Source: an uncultured Gemmatimonadales bacterium
Lineage (GTDB): Bacteria > Gemmatimonadota > Gemmatimonadetes > Gemmatimonadales > GWC2-71-9
Direction: 5' to 3'
Assembly (NCBI GenBank): GCA_963842945.1
Contig: CAWJIM010000010.1
Location: 1 to 31,638 of the forward strand
Length of the DNA: 31,638 nucleotides
Each line of letters opens with the position of its first letter. Position 1 is the stretch's first letter. Position numbers and translations under genes: made by a program. Below are positions 18,288-27,963 of the stretch, one piece after another. The notes below the pieces were generated by a model. The model made no database searches, was not told where the DNA came from, and saw nothing but the letters and a program-made list of their open reading frames with translations.

Positions 18288-19728
18288 CAGCAAGGCGCTC
18301 ACCACCCGGGCCGCCGACTTCAGCGCCTGGTACAACGAAGTCATCGCCCGGGCCGAGCTGGCCGATTACAGCCCGGTGCGGGGCTGCATGGTCATCCGGC
18401 CGAACGGCTACGCCATCTGGGAGCAGATGCAGCGCGCGCTGGACCAGATGTTCAAGGATACCGGCCACCAGAACGCGTACTTCCCGCTCTTCATTCCCCA
18501 GAGCTTCCTCTCCCGCGAGGCGGAGCACGTGGAAGGCTTCGCGCCGGAAACCGCGGTGGTCACCCACGCCGGAGGCAAGGAGCTGGAGGAGCCCCTGGTG
18601 GTGCGGCCTACCTCCGAGACCATCATCTACGCGATGTACGCCAAGTGGATCCAGAGTTACCGCGATCTCCCGCTGCTGATCAACCAGTGGGCGAACGTGG
18701 TTCGGTGGGAGCTGCGTACCCGCCTGTTCCTGCGAACCACCGAGTTCCTCTGGCAGGAGGGCCACACCGCCCATGCCACGGAAGCCGAGGCCGAACAGGA
18801 AACGCTGCAGATGGTGCGAGTGTATCGCACCTTCATGGAGCAGTGGATGGCCATGCCGGTGATTACCGGCCGCAAGACCGACAGCGAGCGCTTTGCCGGC
18901 GCGCTGCGCACCTACAGCTGTGAAGCCTTGATGCAGGACAATCGTGCGTTGCAGGCTGCCACCAGCCACAATCTGGGGCAGAATTTCGCCCGGGCCTTTG
19001 AGGTGACCTTCCAGACGGCGAACGGAGACCTGGATTTCGTCTGGAACACCTCGTGGGGCGCGTCGACCCGGCTGATCGGCGCCCTCATCATGACCCACAG
19101 CGACGACCTCGGTCTGGTGTGCCCACCGCGGCTGGCGCAGTACCAGGTGGTGATCGTCCCGATCTACAAGACCGGTGAGGAGCGCGCCACTGTGGTGGAG
19201 GCTGCGGACCGGCTCCGAAAGCAGCTTTCCGCCGGCGGGGTCCGAGTCCATCTGGATGCCCGGGAGGGCATGAAGCCCGGCGCCAAGTACTATGAGTGGG
19301 AGGGCAGGGGAGTTCCGCTGCGACTGGAGATCGGGCCGCGCGACGTCGCATCCGGAACGGCAGTCCTGGCCCGCCGCACCGGAGGCAAAAAGGAAACCGT
19401 TCCGATCGATGAGGTATCGAGTCGCGTCCTTGCGGCTGTCAATCAGATGCAGGAGGAGCTGTTCCAGGCGGCGCTGGCGCGTCGAGAGGCAGCAACCTTA
19501 CGCGGCGCAACCCGCGAGGAGTTCATCGCCAAGATGGAGCGCGAAGGCGGATTCGTCTTCGCGGGTTATTGCGGGGCGGCCACCTGCGAGACTGAGATCA
19601 AGGAGCAGACCAAAGCCACCATTCGAGTGCTTCCGGACGAGGAGTTTCGTTCACCGGTTGCGCCCACCACTTGCTTGTGGTGCGGACGCCCGAGCATTGC
19701 CGAGGCGGTGTGGGCGAAGGCGTACTGA
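18280..19728 (+). CDS. proS: Proline--tRNA ligase, archaeal/eukaryote-like type
   Basis: [36 protein letters not shown]-terminal Cys-containing zinc domain ending AKAY; no INS editing domain. Confidence 0.98.
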   Translation: MADSKALTTRAADFSAWYNEVIARAELADYSPVRGCMVIRPNGYAIWEQMQRALDQMFKDTGHQNAYFPLFIPQSFLSREAEHVEGFAPETAVVTHAGGKELEEPLVVRPTSETIIYAMYAKWIQSYRDLPLLINQWANVVRWELRTRLFLRTTEFLWQEGHTAHATEAEAEQETLQMVRVYRTFMEQWMAMPVITGRKTDSERFAGALRTYSCEALMQDNRALQAATSHNLGQNFARAFEVTFQTANGDLDFVWNTSWGASTRLIGALIMTHSDDLGLVCPPRLAQYQVVIVPIYKTGEERATVVEAADRLRKQLSAGGVRVHLDAREGMKPGAKYYEWEGRGVPLRLEIGPRDVASGTAVLARRTGGKKETVPIDEVSSRVLAAVNQMQEELFQAALARREAATLRGATREEFIAKMEREGGFVFAGYCGAATCETEIKEQTKATIRVLPDEEFRSPVAPTTCLWCGRPSIAEAVWAKAY

Positions 19729-21037
19729 GCGGGGCTGCGGGCAAGCGGGGCCACGGGGTGGAAGACCTGCCTCAACTCTTTCGAGACGCGGGGCTCGAGC
19801 GGCAGGGCCGTGTTCTCGTCATGGGCGGCGTCTCTCTGGTTGAGATTGCCGATCACAGCCGGTACACCCGTCTTCGTATACAACGCGGAGACCATTCGGA
19901 CCCGATATCGTTCCCTCGATGCGGCCTTGGCTGGCGTCCCGCACCGGATCTGCTACGCGGTCAAGGCCAACAGCAACCTTGCGGTGCTGAGAATGCTCCG
20001 GGAGCTGGGCGCGGGGGTGGACATCGTCTCGTCGGGGGAGCTGGCCCGCGCGCTGGCCGCCGGATTCTCGCCCGACCGAATCGTGTTCAGCGGGGTCGGG
20101 AAGACCGCCGGCGAGCTGGAGACCGCAGTCAAAGCCGGCATCGGGCACCTCAACGTGGAATCCCGCGAGGAGCTCGAGCTGCTGGGCCGGATCGCCGAGT
20201 CTCAAGGGCAACGGGTTCAGGTCGGCATTCGGGTCAATCCGGACGTCACCACCGATACCCATCCCTATATCTCGACCGGCAAGAGCGGGATCAAATTCGG
20301 CCTCCCTACCGATCAGGTGCTTCCCGCCGCCCAGTTCATCTTCAGACACCCCCAGCTGGAGCTCACCACTGTAGCGATGCATCTGGGGAGCCAGATCGTA
20401 GACCTGGACCCATTCCTCCAGGGGATCGCGCATCTCACGGATCTGATCGATCGAATCCGGCAGAGTGGGGTATCCACCATCAGAGTTCTGGACATTGGCG
20501 GCGGTCTGGGTATCCGGTACGCCGAAGAGCGGGCGATCGATCCGGCGGAGTTCGCCGCTGCCGTGATACCACGCCTGGCTCCGACGCGGGCTGACAATTT
20601 ATCTCGAGCCCGGGCGCTTTCTGGTGGGAAGTGCTGGAGTGCTCCTTACCCGGGTGCTGTACCGCAAGCACTCCGGAGGAAAGGAATTCGTGGTGGTCGA
20701 CGCCGGGATGAACGATCTGGTCCGGCCGAGTCACTACCAGGCGTACCACGAGATCGTGGAGCTGGAGGAACGGGGCCGATCCTCGGTGCGGGCCGACGTG
20801 GTGGGACCGGTCTGTGAGACCGGCGACTTCCTGGCACTAGACCGCATGCTGCCCGGCCTCCGCTCGGGCGATGCACTGGCCGTGCTGGGCGCCGGCGCGT
20901 ACGGGTTTGTTATGGGATCCAATTACAACAGTCGGCCTCGACCCCCTGAGATCATCGTCGACCAGGGCAGATGGTGGGTGGCCCGGCCCAGGGAACGGGT
21001 CGAGGATCTGTTCGCCGGCGAACGGCTGTCGCCGTGA
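19710..21037 (+). CDS. lysA: Diaminopimelate decarboxylase, with two +1 frameshifts (~19855, ~20587)
   Basis: Three frames join to give ...[19 protein letters not shown]...YAVKAN...HLGSQ...DIGGGLG...[15 protein letters not shown]...GPVCETGD...[15 protein letters not shown]. Start GTG 19710 (alternative 19758). Confidence 0.93.
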
Positions 21038-22578
21038 ATGCGATCCTGATCATCGACTTCGGCTCGCAATACACTCAGCTGATTGCGAGACGGGTGCGCG
21101 AAGCGCACGTCTATTGCGAAATCCATCCGCCCTCCCGCACGGTGGAGTGGATTCGTGACTGGAAGCCGAAGGGGATCATCCTTTCCGGCGGGCCGAACTC
21201 GGTCTACGGCGACAGCGTCCCCACCGCCGATCCGGCCCTGCTCGAGCTGGGAACTCCGGTTCTCGGGCTCTGTTACGGGATGCAGCTCCTGGCCCATCTC
21301 TCCGGTGGAAAGGTGGCGCGGGCCGACCGGCGTGAGTACGGCCGGGCCAACCTGCGGATCGAAGGCGGCCGCCTGTTCCAGGGGTTCGGCCGGGGAGAAG
21401 AGACCCCGGTCTGGATGAGTCACGGCGATCACGTCGATGCTCCCCCTCCCGGCTATGCGGTCACGGCATCGAGCGTGAATTCGCCGGTCGCGGCGTTCGA
21501 GCACAACCGCCGGCCGCTCTTTGGCGTGCAGTTCCACCCGGAGGTGGCCCATACGCCCCGGGGCGGAGAGATCCTCAACAACTTCCTGTTCGAGATCTGT
21601 GGCTGTACCCCGGACTGGACGCCAGGCCATTTCGTCGAGACCGAAGTCGCCCGGATTCAGGAGATTGTCGGTCCCACGGCAAGAGTCATCTGCGGGCTCT
21701 CCGGCGGGGTCGATTCATCGGTGGCCGCCGTCCTGGTGCATCGCGCCGTGGGAAACCGGCTGACCTGCATCTTCGTGGATCACGGACTGCTTCGGCTCCA
21801 CGAGCGGGATCAGGTGGAGCAGACCTTTCGCCGTCATCTGGGGATCGATCTCAGAGTAGTAGATGCCAGAAACCGCTTCCTGGAAAAGCTCGCCGGAATC
21901 ACCGATCCCGAGGAGAAGCGGCGCCGGATCGGCCACACGTTCATCGATGTGTTCGAGGCCGAGGCGCGTACGGTGGGCAAGGACGTCGGATTTCTGGTGC
22001 AGGGCACGCTCTATCCCGACGTGATCGAGTCGCTCTCTCCCCTCGGCGGCCCTTCGGTCACCATCAAGACCCACCACAACGTCGGCGGCCTCCCCGAGCG
22101 GCTCCCGTTCAAGCTGCTGGAGCCGTTGCGCGAGCTGTTCAAGGATGAGGTGCGGCAGGTTGGCCGGGAGCTAGGGCTGCCGGAGGAAATGGTGGGCCGA
22201 CACCCCTTCCCGGGGCCGGGCTTGGCCATCCGAATTCTGGGGGACGTCTCGCCGGAAAATCTGGAGATCCTGCGGCGGGCAGACTACATCTACACTGAAG
22301 AAATCCGGGCCGCTGGATTGTACGACGACATCTGGCAGGCGTTTGCGGTGCTGCTACCGATACGCTCGGTCGGAGTGCAGGGCGACGACCGCACCTACGA
22401 TCAGGTCATTGCCCTCAGGGCTGTCACCAGCCGCGATGGAATGACCGCCGACTGGTACCCGTTCCCGCCGGAGGTGCTCGCCCGGGTGTCGAACCGAATC
22501 GCCAACGAGGTGGATGGGGTAAACCGGGTGGTATACGACGTAAGCTCCAAACCGCCGGCCACGATCGAATGGGAGTAG
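21034..22578 (+). CDS. guaA: GMP synthase (glutamine-hydrolysing)
   Basis: [45 protein letters not shown] 21034 overlaps the lysA stop. Confidence 0.98.
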   Translation: MNAILIIDFGSQYTQLIARRVREAHVYCEIHPPSRTVEWIRDWKPKGIILSGGPNSVYGDSVPTADPALLELGTPVLGLCYGMQLLAHLSGGKVARADRREYGRANLRIEGGRLFQGFGRGEETPVWMSHGDHVDAPPPGYAVTASSVNSPVAAFEHNRRPLFGVQFHPEVAHTPRGGEILNNFLFEICGCTPDWTPGHFVETEVARIQEIVGPTARVICGLSGGVDSSVAAVLVHRAVGNRLTCIFVDHGLLRLHERDQVEQTFRRHLGIDLRVVDARNRFLEKLAGITDPEEKRRRIGHTFIDVFEAEARTVGKDVGFLVQGTLYPDVIESLSPLGGPSVTIKTHHNVGGLPERLPFKLLEPLRELFKDEVRQVGRELGLPEEMVGRHPFPGPGLAIRILGDVSPENLEILRRADYIYTEEIRAAGLYDDIWQAFAVLLPIRSVGVQGDDRTYDQVIALRAVTSRDGMTADWYPFPPEVLARVSNRIANEVDGVNRVVYDVSSKPPATIEWE

Positions 22579-22588
22579 AATAACGGCG

Positions 22589-24742
22589 TTAGTCGCCGAT
22601 GATGCGGATGAGCCGGCGCCGCACCTGCTGCTGCCCCTCAGGGCCAGTCACTCTCACCTCCACAATGTAGCTTCCCCGCTTGAGCCGATCGATCCGGACG
22701 ACCCGGCGCGATCGGATCACCGGGCCTGGCGCGAGCTCCTCGAAGGACAGTGCCACGAGCGGATGCTGGTCGTCCGCCTTACGACCGGGGCGCAGCACGG
22801 CAATCTGGTGGCGATATGCCGTCCCGGTCCGGGCACCCCGCACCTCATAGTAGATCTCGACCTGAGACTTCTCCCTGAACAGCGCCGATGGCGCCAGCAG
22901 CACGGTGTCTCCGGTTTCTGTCTTCCAGCGAACGGCCCGCCCGGGAGAGCCCAGCGCGATGTCGCTCAGGGCGGGCGTGACCTCTCCGCTGTGTGCTACC
23001 AGCACGGTATCGCGGGGAAGCAGTACGCCTCCGCTGTCACCCTCCTGAATGGCCGCGCGGTAGCTCCACCTGCCCGGCGGGAGCGGCAGCTCGACCCTTC
23101 CTACGAGGAACTCCTTCTCATCCAGCGGACGGTCGTGGCGGATGACCAGCGACGTATCCAGGGTAGCGACCGCCCGGTCGTGGCGGTCCAGCGCCACCAG
23201 GCGAACTCGGACCGGATACTGGATTCCCGAGGGACTTCTTTGCCACGTTGTGCCGGCCGCCGCGATCCCGAAGACGAAGTGACCCAGTCCTCCTCGGGCG
23301 CTTTGCCCAATGGCGATGAGATCGGCGACCGCGCCCAGTCTCTGTCTGAACTGAAGCTCGTGACTATCGGTCGTCGTGCCGACTGCGATGCTGGTGGCTC
23401 CGATGTGTCGCTCCTGCGCCGCCTCGTTGGCCGAGCCGAAGCGGCCCCAGTTCAGCATGTGGCTGTAAATGGGCGACAGCGATTGCCGCGACAGAATGAG
23501 CTGGTCGGGGGGCGCGTCCTCGGCCCCGCGAAGATCGAGCACGCTCTGCACCAGTCGATAATCGTAGAGGTCGCCCCCACCGTGCGTGTCGTAGCCACTG
23601 CTGAAATGGAAGAGCAGGTCGCCTTCCGCCCGGTTGTAGCGCCAGGATTCGTTGGGCATCGCCCGGAAGATGAACGGCCGGAGACGGTCGGCTGGCTCGC
23701 CCTGGCGAATGTAGATGATCCCTCGATCGTCCACTTCAACACTCCCGGACCGAAACGCATCCTGGGGTCCGTAGAAGCGGCGGCTCACGGTCAGGGGAAA
23801 GTGGGTTCGGGCAAACTGCAGCCGGCGGTAGTGCTCCCGCAGCCGTTCCCCCTCGGGACGCAGGTCGAAGTGGTCGCGGTCGGTCCAGAAGCGATGCAGA
23901 AAGGCGGCCCGCCGCTGCCCCCGCAAGCTGTCGAACTCACGGAGGATCGAGTCGGGGGCTATCACCTGGAGATCCGCCCGGTACTCCGCCACGGCCTCTG
24001 CGTCATCCAGCGCCGCGCCCTGGTAATACGGCGCGTCCCCGGAGGCTTCCCCCAGGGCCAACCGGCAGCGACCCAGCTCCAGGAGACCGAGCGCGGGGTT
24101 GCCGCCACTCGCGAGAAAGCGCTCGAACGCCGAAGCGGCGACGCGAACGCTGCCCGAGGCGCGCTCCACTCTGCCCCAGACGAGCAGAAGCTCGCGCGGA
24201 GCCTCAGGGACCGACGAAATGGTGCGACGCAGCAGATCTCGCGCGGTGCGCAGCCGAGTGGTATCGAGCAGGGAAAGATCGACCTGCGCCATGGCTATGG
24301 CCGCTGCCACGTATGTGGGATCGATCGCCAGCGCCCGGCGGTAGGCGTCGCTTGCCTGCTCCAGGGTTCCCAGCCCAACCCGGCTCCCCAGGCGGAGCAT
24401 GTCCCGCATCTCCCACTCCGACCGCTTCGCCTTGGCCTGACCCAGTCCGAACCAGGGGGCTGCCTCTCCTCTGTGCTGCCGCGTGGCGCGGCGGAATCGG
24501 CCTACGGCCTCGCTGAAGTCCGGGTCGGCGCCCAGCTCGCCCAGGCGGATGCCAATGACCCCGGCCCGAACCGGGTCGTCGCTGTCTCGGAAAAGCGCGC
24601 GGAGCCGAACGGTATCGGTGACACCGCCGACCGAGTCCTGTACCCGCTCGAAGTCGGACTGCGAGCTCGAGGATTGAGCGGCAAGAAGCGAGATGTGGGA
24701 GGTAAGCAGGACCAGGAGGCCGCTGGTCAATCGATTTGCCAT
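22589..24742 (-). CDS. Exported TPR + GWxTD-domain-like protein
   Basis: Signal peptide (..LLAAQ), TPR-like helices, then RFWTDRD...EHYRRLQFA...DDRGIIYIRQGEP...NESWRY, and a beta-rich C-terminus ending in YIVEVRV. Confidence 0.8.
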   Translation of the reverse strand: MANRLTSGLLVLLTSHISLLAAQSSSSQSDFERVQDSVGGVTDTVRLRALFRDSDDPVRAGVIGIRLGELGADPDFSEAVGRFRRATRQHRGEAAPWFGLGQAKAKRSEWEMRDMLRLGSRVGLGTLEQASDAYRRALAIDPTYVAAAIAMAQVDLSLLDTTRLRTARDLLRRTISSVPEAPRELLLVWGRVERASGSVRVAASAFERFLASGGNPALGLLELGRCRLALGEASGDAPYYQGAALDDAEAVAEYRADLQVIAPDSILREFDSLRGQRRAAFLHRFWTDRDHFDLRPEGERLREHYRRLQFARTHFPLTVSRRFYGPQDAFRSGSVEVDDRGIIYIRQGEPADRLRPFIFRAMPNESWRYNRAEGDLLFHFSSGYDTHGGGDLYDYRLVQSVLDLRGAEDAPPDQLILSRQSLSPIYSHMLNWGRFGSANEAAQERHIGATSIAVGTTTDSHELQFRQRLGAVADLIAIGQSARGGLGHFVFGIAAAGTTWQRSPSGIQYPVRVRLVALDRHDRAVATLDTSLVIRHDRPLDEKEFLVGRVELPLPPGRWSYRAAIQEGDSGGVLLPRDTVLVAHSGEVTPALSDIALGSPGRAVRWKTETGDTVLLAPSALFREKSQVEIYYEVRGARTGTAYRHQIAVLRPGRKADDQHPLVALSFEELAPGPVIRSRRVVRIDRLKRGSYIVEVRVTGPEGQQQVRRRLIRIIGD

Positions 24743-24780
24743 GGAGATCCCTCTGTATCAGACGTCTCAGGCCGCGCTAC

Positions 24781-25232
24781 TTACACCCCTTTCTCGTCCA
24801 GCAGGCGAAAGAAGTCGTCGGTGGATCGCAGGCCGGCGAGCCGGTCGGGGACGTCTCCCTCCTTGGCAAGCTGCGCGATCTTCCCCAGAACGGGAAGGTA
24901 CTGGTTGGAGATTTCCAGTGGCGGGGCGACAATCAGAAAAAAATGGCAGACTGGTTTTCCATCGATGGCCTGGTAGTCCACCCCTCGTTCCGGTGACCGA
25001 AGGCAAGACGCAGCCGGCTGACAACCAGCGAGCGGCAATGCGGAATGGCGATCCCTCGACCGATCCCGGTCGATCCCAGGTTCTCCCGTCGCTGGATGAT
25101 TCGGAGCAGTGTGCCGGAGGAACGCTCATCCATCCGCAGCAATCCCACTAGCTCGGCCAGGATATCGTCCTTCGAGCCAGCGCGGAGCTGAAGATTGACG
25201 GCGTCGGGGCTGAAGAAATTTCCGAGGTGCAT
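24781..25232 (-). CDS. PTS IIA (fructose/mannitol/Ntr family) protein, with -1 frameshift near 24982
   Basis: RE.LGSTGIGRGIAIPHCR (phospho-His), continuing GVDYQAIDGKPV.HFFLIVAP in another frame; one G is missing in a G run (GAG GGG [G]TG GAC). Confidence 0.9.
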
Positions 25233-25241
25233 GGCCCGGGC

Positions 25242-25269
25242 AACCTAATTCCGCCGTAGGGGGTGTCAA
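25242..25269 (-). promoter_or_regulatory. sigma70-type promoter for the PTS-IIA/GWxTD pair
   Basis: Minus strand TTGACA (25264-25269), 16 nt, TAGGTT (25242-25247), 9 nt, ATG. Confidence 0.6.
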
Positions 25270-25298
25270 AGTCGCTCGTGGCCAAGTATTTTATCGCC

Positions 25299-26282
25299 AT
25301 GCAGTTGCCCTATCCCTCCGCACATCCCTTTCCGCTGATTCTGGCACCGATGGCCGGAATCTCGGAGGCACCGTTCCGCCAGATTTGCCGGCGAATGGGT
25401 GCCGATGTCGTGCTGTCCGAATTTCTGTCTTCCGAGGCCATCCGGCGGCGCATCCGGAGCACCCTCGAAGGCGCTGAGTTCGAGCCGGTCGAGCGTCCTA
25501 TCGGCATCCAGATCTACGGCTCCGATCCCAACGCCATGGCGGAGGCAACGGCTCTCATCACCGAACACTACGAGCCGGAGTTCATCGACATCAACTTCGG
25601 ATGCCCGGTGAAAAAGGTGGTGCAGCGCAACGGCGGATCGGGCTGCCTCAGGGACATGGATCTGGTTGCCGGCATCATTCGCGCAGTCATCGGGGCCACT
25701 CACCTGCCGGTAACGGTGAAGACCCGGAGTGGATGGAGCGATCAGACCCGGGACCCGGTCTCCATCGCGCTGCGGATGCAGGAAGCCGGGGCCAAAGCTT
25801 TTACTCTGCACGCCCGTACCCGCACCCAGATGTTTTCCGGGAAGGCCAACTGGGACGAGATCGCCCGCGTGGTCGAGGCCCTCGATATTCCCGTGATCGG
25901 CAACGGCGACCTGGAAACGGCAGCAGACATCGTACGGATGCGGGAGCACACCGGATGTGCCGGGGTTATGGTCGGCCGGGGAGCGTTCGGCAACCCCTGG
26001 CTGTTCCGCGATGGACAAGCCTTGCTGGCTGGAGAGGCCGCTCCGCCACCGCCATCCGCTCGGGAGCGATTTGGCGTGGCGCTCGAGCATGCCCGGCTGG
26101 CCATTCGGCTCCAGGGAGACACTCGGCGTACCGTGATGGAGTTCCGCAAGCACCTTGGTTGGTACACCCGAGGCCTGCACGGGTCCAGCGCCCTCAGACA
26201 GCGCCTCTTCCAGATCGAATCGATCGGGGAAGCCGAGGCGATCTTCCTCGAATATCTCGAGCCTGTCGCTCAGGTGGCGTGA
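25299..26282 (+). CDS. dusB: tRNA-dihydrouridine synthase B
   Basis: LAPMAG, IDINFGCP, VTVKTR, LHARTR, VIGNGD, VMVGRGAFGNPW, RKHLGWY. Start ATG 25299, 6 nt after TATTTT. Confidence 0.95.
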   Translation: MQLPYPSAHPFPLILAPMAGISEAPFRQICRRMGADVVLSEFLSSEAIRRRIRSTLEGAEFEPVERPIGIQIYGSDPNAMAEATALITEHYEPEFIDINFGCPVKKVVQRNGGSGCLRDMDLVAGIIRAVIGATHLPVTVKTRSGWSDQTRDPVSIALRMQEAGAKAFTLHARTRTQMFSGKANWDEIARVVEALDIPVIGNGDLETAADIVRMREHTGCAGVMVGRGAFGNPWLFRDGQALLAGEAAPPPPSARERFGVALEHARLAIRLQGDTRRTVMEFRKHLGWYTRGLHGSSALRQRLFQIESIGEAEAIFLEYLEPVAQVA

Positions 26283-27031
26283 CCGCCGAACAGATCGAAG
26301 CTCTCCTAGCCGAGGTTGCCGCCGGCCGAATTGCCCCCCACGCGGCGCTCGAGAAGCTGCGGCACCTTCCGTACGAAGATCTCCCCTTTGCCCGCATCGA
26401 TCACCACCGCGAGCTCCGTCAGGGCCAGCCCGAGGTGGTTTTCTGTGAGGGCAAGACTCCGGACCAGATTGTAGCGATCTGTGAACGGCTGGAGGCGGCG
26501 TCGGGATCTTTTCTGGGGACTCGCGCTTCCGAGACGGTTGCCCAGCGGCTGCAAAGCCGGTTTCCTCGGCTGATCTGGAATCCTACCGCGCGTATCGTGC
26601 ACCTTCCGTCAGCCGAGCCCCCGCGCGCCGCCGCCACCGGACGCATTTTGGTGATCTCCGCCGGCACCAGCGATCTCCCCGTGGCAGAGGAGGCGGCCGT
26701 GGTGGCCGAAGCTTACGGCCATACCGTGGAGCGCCTGGTCGATGTGGGCGTGGCCGGGCTGCATCGACTGCTCGCAGCCGGCGATCAGCTGCGCCGGGCG
26801 CAGGTTGTCATCGTGGTTGCTGGAATGGAGGGCGCCCTGCCCAGCGTGGTGGGCGGTATGCTGCCAGTGCCGGTGATCGCCGTTCCGACCAGCGTGGGGT
26901 ACGGTGCTTCCTTTGGCGGACTGGCGGCTTTGCTGGGAATGCTCAACTCCTGTGCGGCGGGGGTGACGGTGGTCAATATCGATAACGGGTTCGGCGCAGC
27001 GGTTGCGGCCAGCCGGATTTTCCGCTCATGA
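26279..27031 (+). CDS. larB: Nickel-pincer cofactor biosynthesis protein LarB (PurE-like)
   Basis: ARIDHHRELRQG.PEVVFCEGKT, AGTSDLPVAEEA, DVGVAGLHRL, AGMEGALPSV, PTSVGYG, VVNIDNGFGA; GTG 26279 overlaps the dusB stop. Confidence 0.93.
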   Translation: MTAEQIEALLAEVAAGRIAPHAALEKLRHLPYEDLPFARIDHHRELRQGQPEVVFCEGKTPDQIVAICERLEAASGSFLGTRASETVAQRLQSRFPRLIWNPTARIVHLPSAEPPRAAATGRILVISAGTSDLPVAEEAAVVAEAYGHTVERLVDVGVAGLHRLLAAGDQLRRAQVVIVVAGMEGALPSVVGGMLPVPVIAVPTSVGYGASFGGLAALLGMLNSCAAGVTVVNIDNGFGAAVAASRIFRS

Positions 27032-27963
27032 CCCTCCGGACCATTATCAGCACCGAGGAGCCCAAGTTCACCTGGGTCGATGTAGTGCATCCGTCGCCTG
27101 GGGAGCTGGGGGAAGTTGCCAAGCAGTATGGTCTCCACCCGATGTCGGTAGAGGATTCGCTCGACCCCTATCACCTGCCGAAATACGAGCGGATCGGATC
27201 GACGATTTTCATCATCGTTCGAGCCATAGATGTCGCGGCGGCACACGACTGTTCGACGCTGCATGAAATGACCCGCAAGGTGGCGATCTTCTACGGGGCG
27301 GACTTCCTGATCACCATCCACCGCACCGAGCAATCCTTTCTCACCTCTGTAATGGAGGAGTACCGGCAGGCCGCTCCGCCTGAGGGTACTCCCGAGCGCC
27401 GCAAGGGTTTTCTCCCCCGGCTCATCATCGACCTGGTCAACGGCGCGGTCGCAACCTACCAGAAGCCTCTGGAGGAAGCCGAGACGACGATCGACAGCTT
27501 CGAAGCGACGGTCTTCGGAGATCAGGAGTTTACCGGCCTTCTCCGGAGCATCTACCTGGTCAAGCGGCGGGTGACGCTCATGCGGCGGATGCTGATCCAC
27601 ACCCTGGATGCCGTGAAGAAACTGGTGCCGGGATCGGAGCCAACCGCCCCACTCTACCAGGACCTCAGAGAGAATACCGAGAGCATGCATTTTTACGCCG
27701 ACAAGCTGCTGGACGACGTCAATAACCTGCTCAGCATCCAGCTCGCTCTGGCGTCGCACCGAACCAATGAAGTCGTGAGAGTGCTTACCGTATTCTCCGT
27801 GTTCTTCCTGCCGCTCACGTTCATCGTGGGCATCTACGGCATGAACTTTCACTTCATGCCCGAGCTCCGGGAGCGCTGGGGGTATCCGGCGGTGCTGATC
27901 GGGATGGGGCTGGTGACCCTGGTGATCTATCTCTGGTTTCGTCGCCGAGGGTGGCTGAGATGA
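27028..27963 (+). CDS. corA: CorA-family Mg2+/Co2+/Ni2+ transporter
   Basis: Two C-terminal TM helices with FLPLTFIVGIYGMNFHFMPEL (GMN signature). Confidence 0.92.
   Translation: MTLRTIISTEEPKFTWVDVVHPSPGELGEVAKQYGLHPMSVEDSLDPYHLPKYERIGSTIFIIVRAIDVAAAHDCSTLHEMTRKVAIFYGADFLITIHRTEQSFLTSVMEEYRQAAPPEGTPERRKGFLPRLIIDLVNGAVATYQKPLEEAETTIDSFEATVFGDQEFTGLLRSIYLVKRRVTLMRRMLIHTLDAVKKLVPGSEPTAPLYQDLRENTESMHFYADKLLDDVNNLLSIQLALASHRTNEVVRVLTVFSVFFLPLTFIVGIYGMNFHFMPELRERWGYPAVLIGMGLVTLVIYLWFRRRGWLR

Noticed and set aside
19845..20595. Programmed frameshifting in lysA/folC
   Set aside because: No slippery heptamer or stimulatory structure; scattered indels across unrelated genes favour sequence error.
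22763..24976. 737-aa plus-strand ORF opposite the GWxTD gene
   Set aside because: Antisense shadow; the minus strand has the signal peptide and family motifs.
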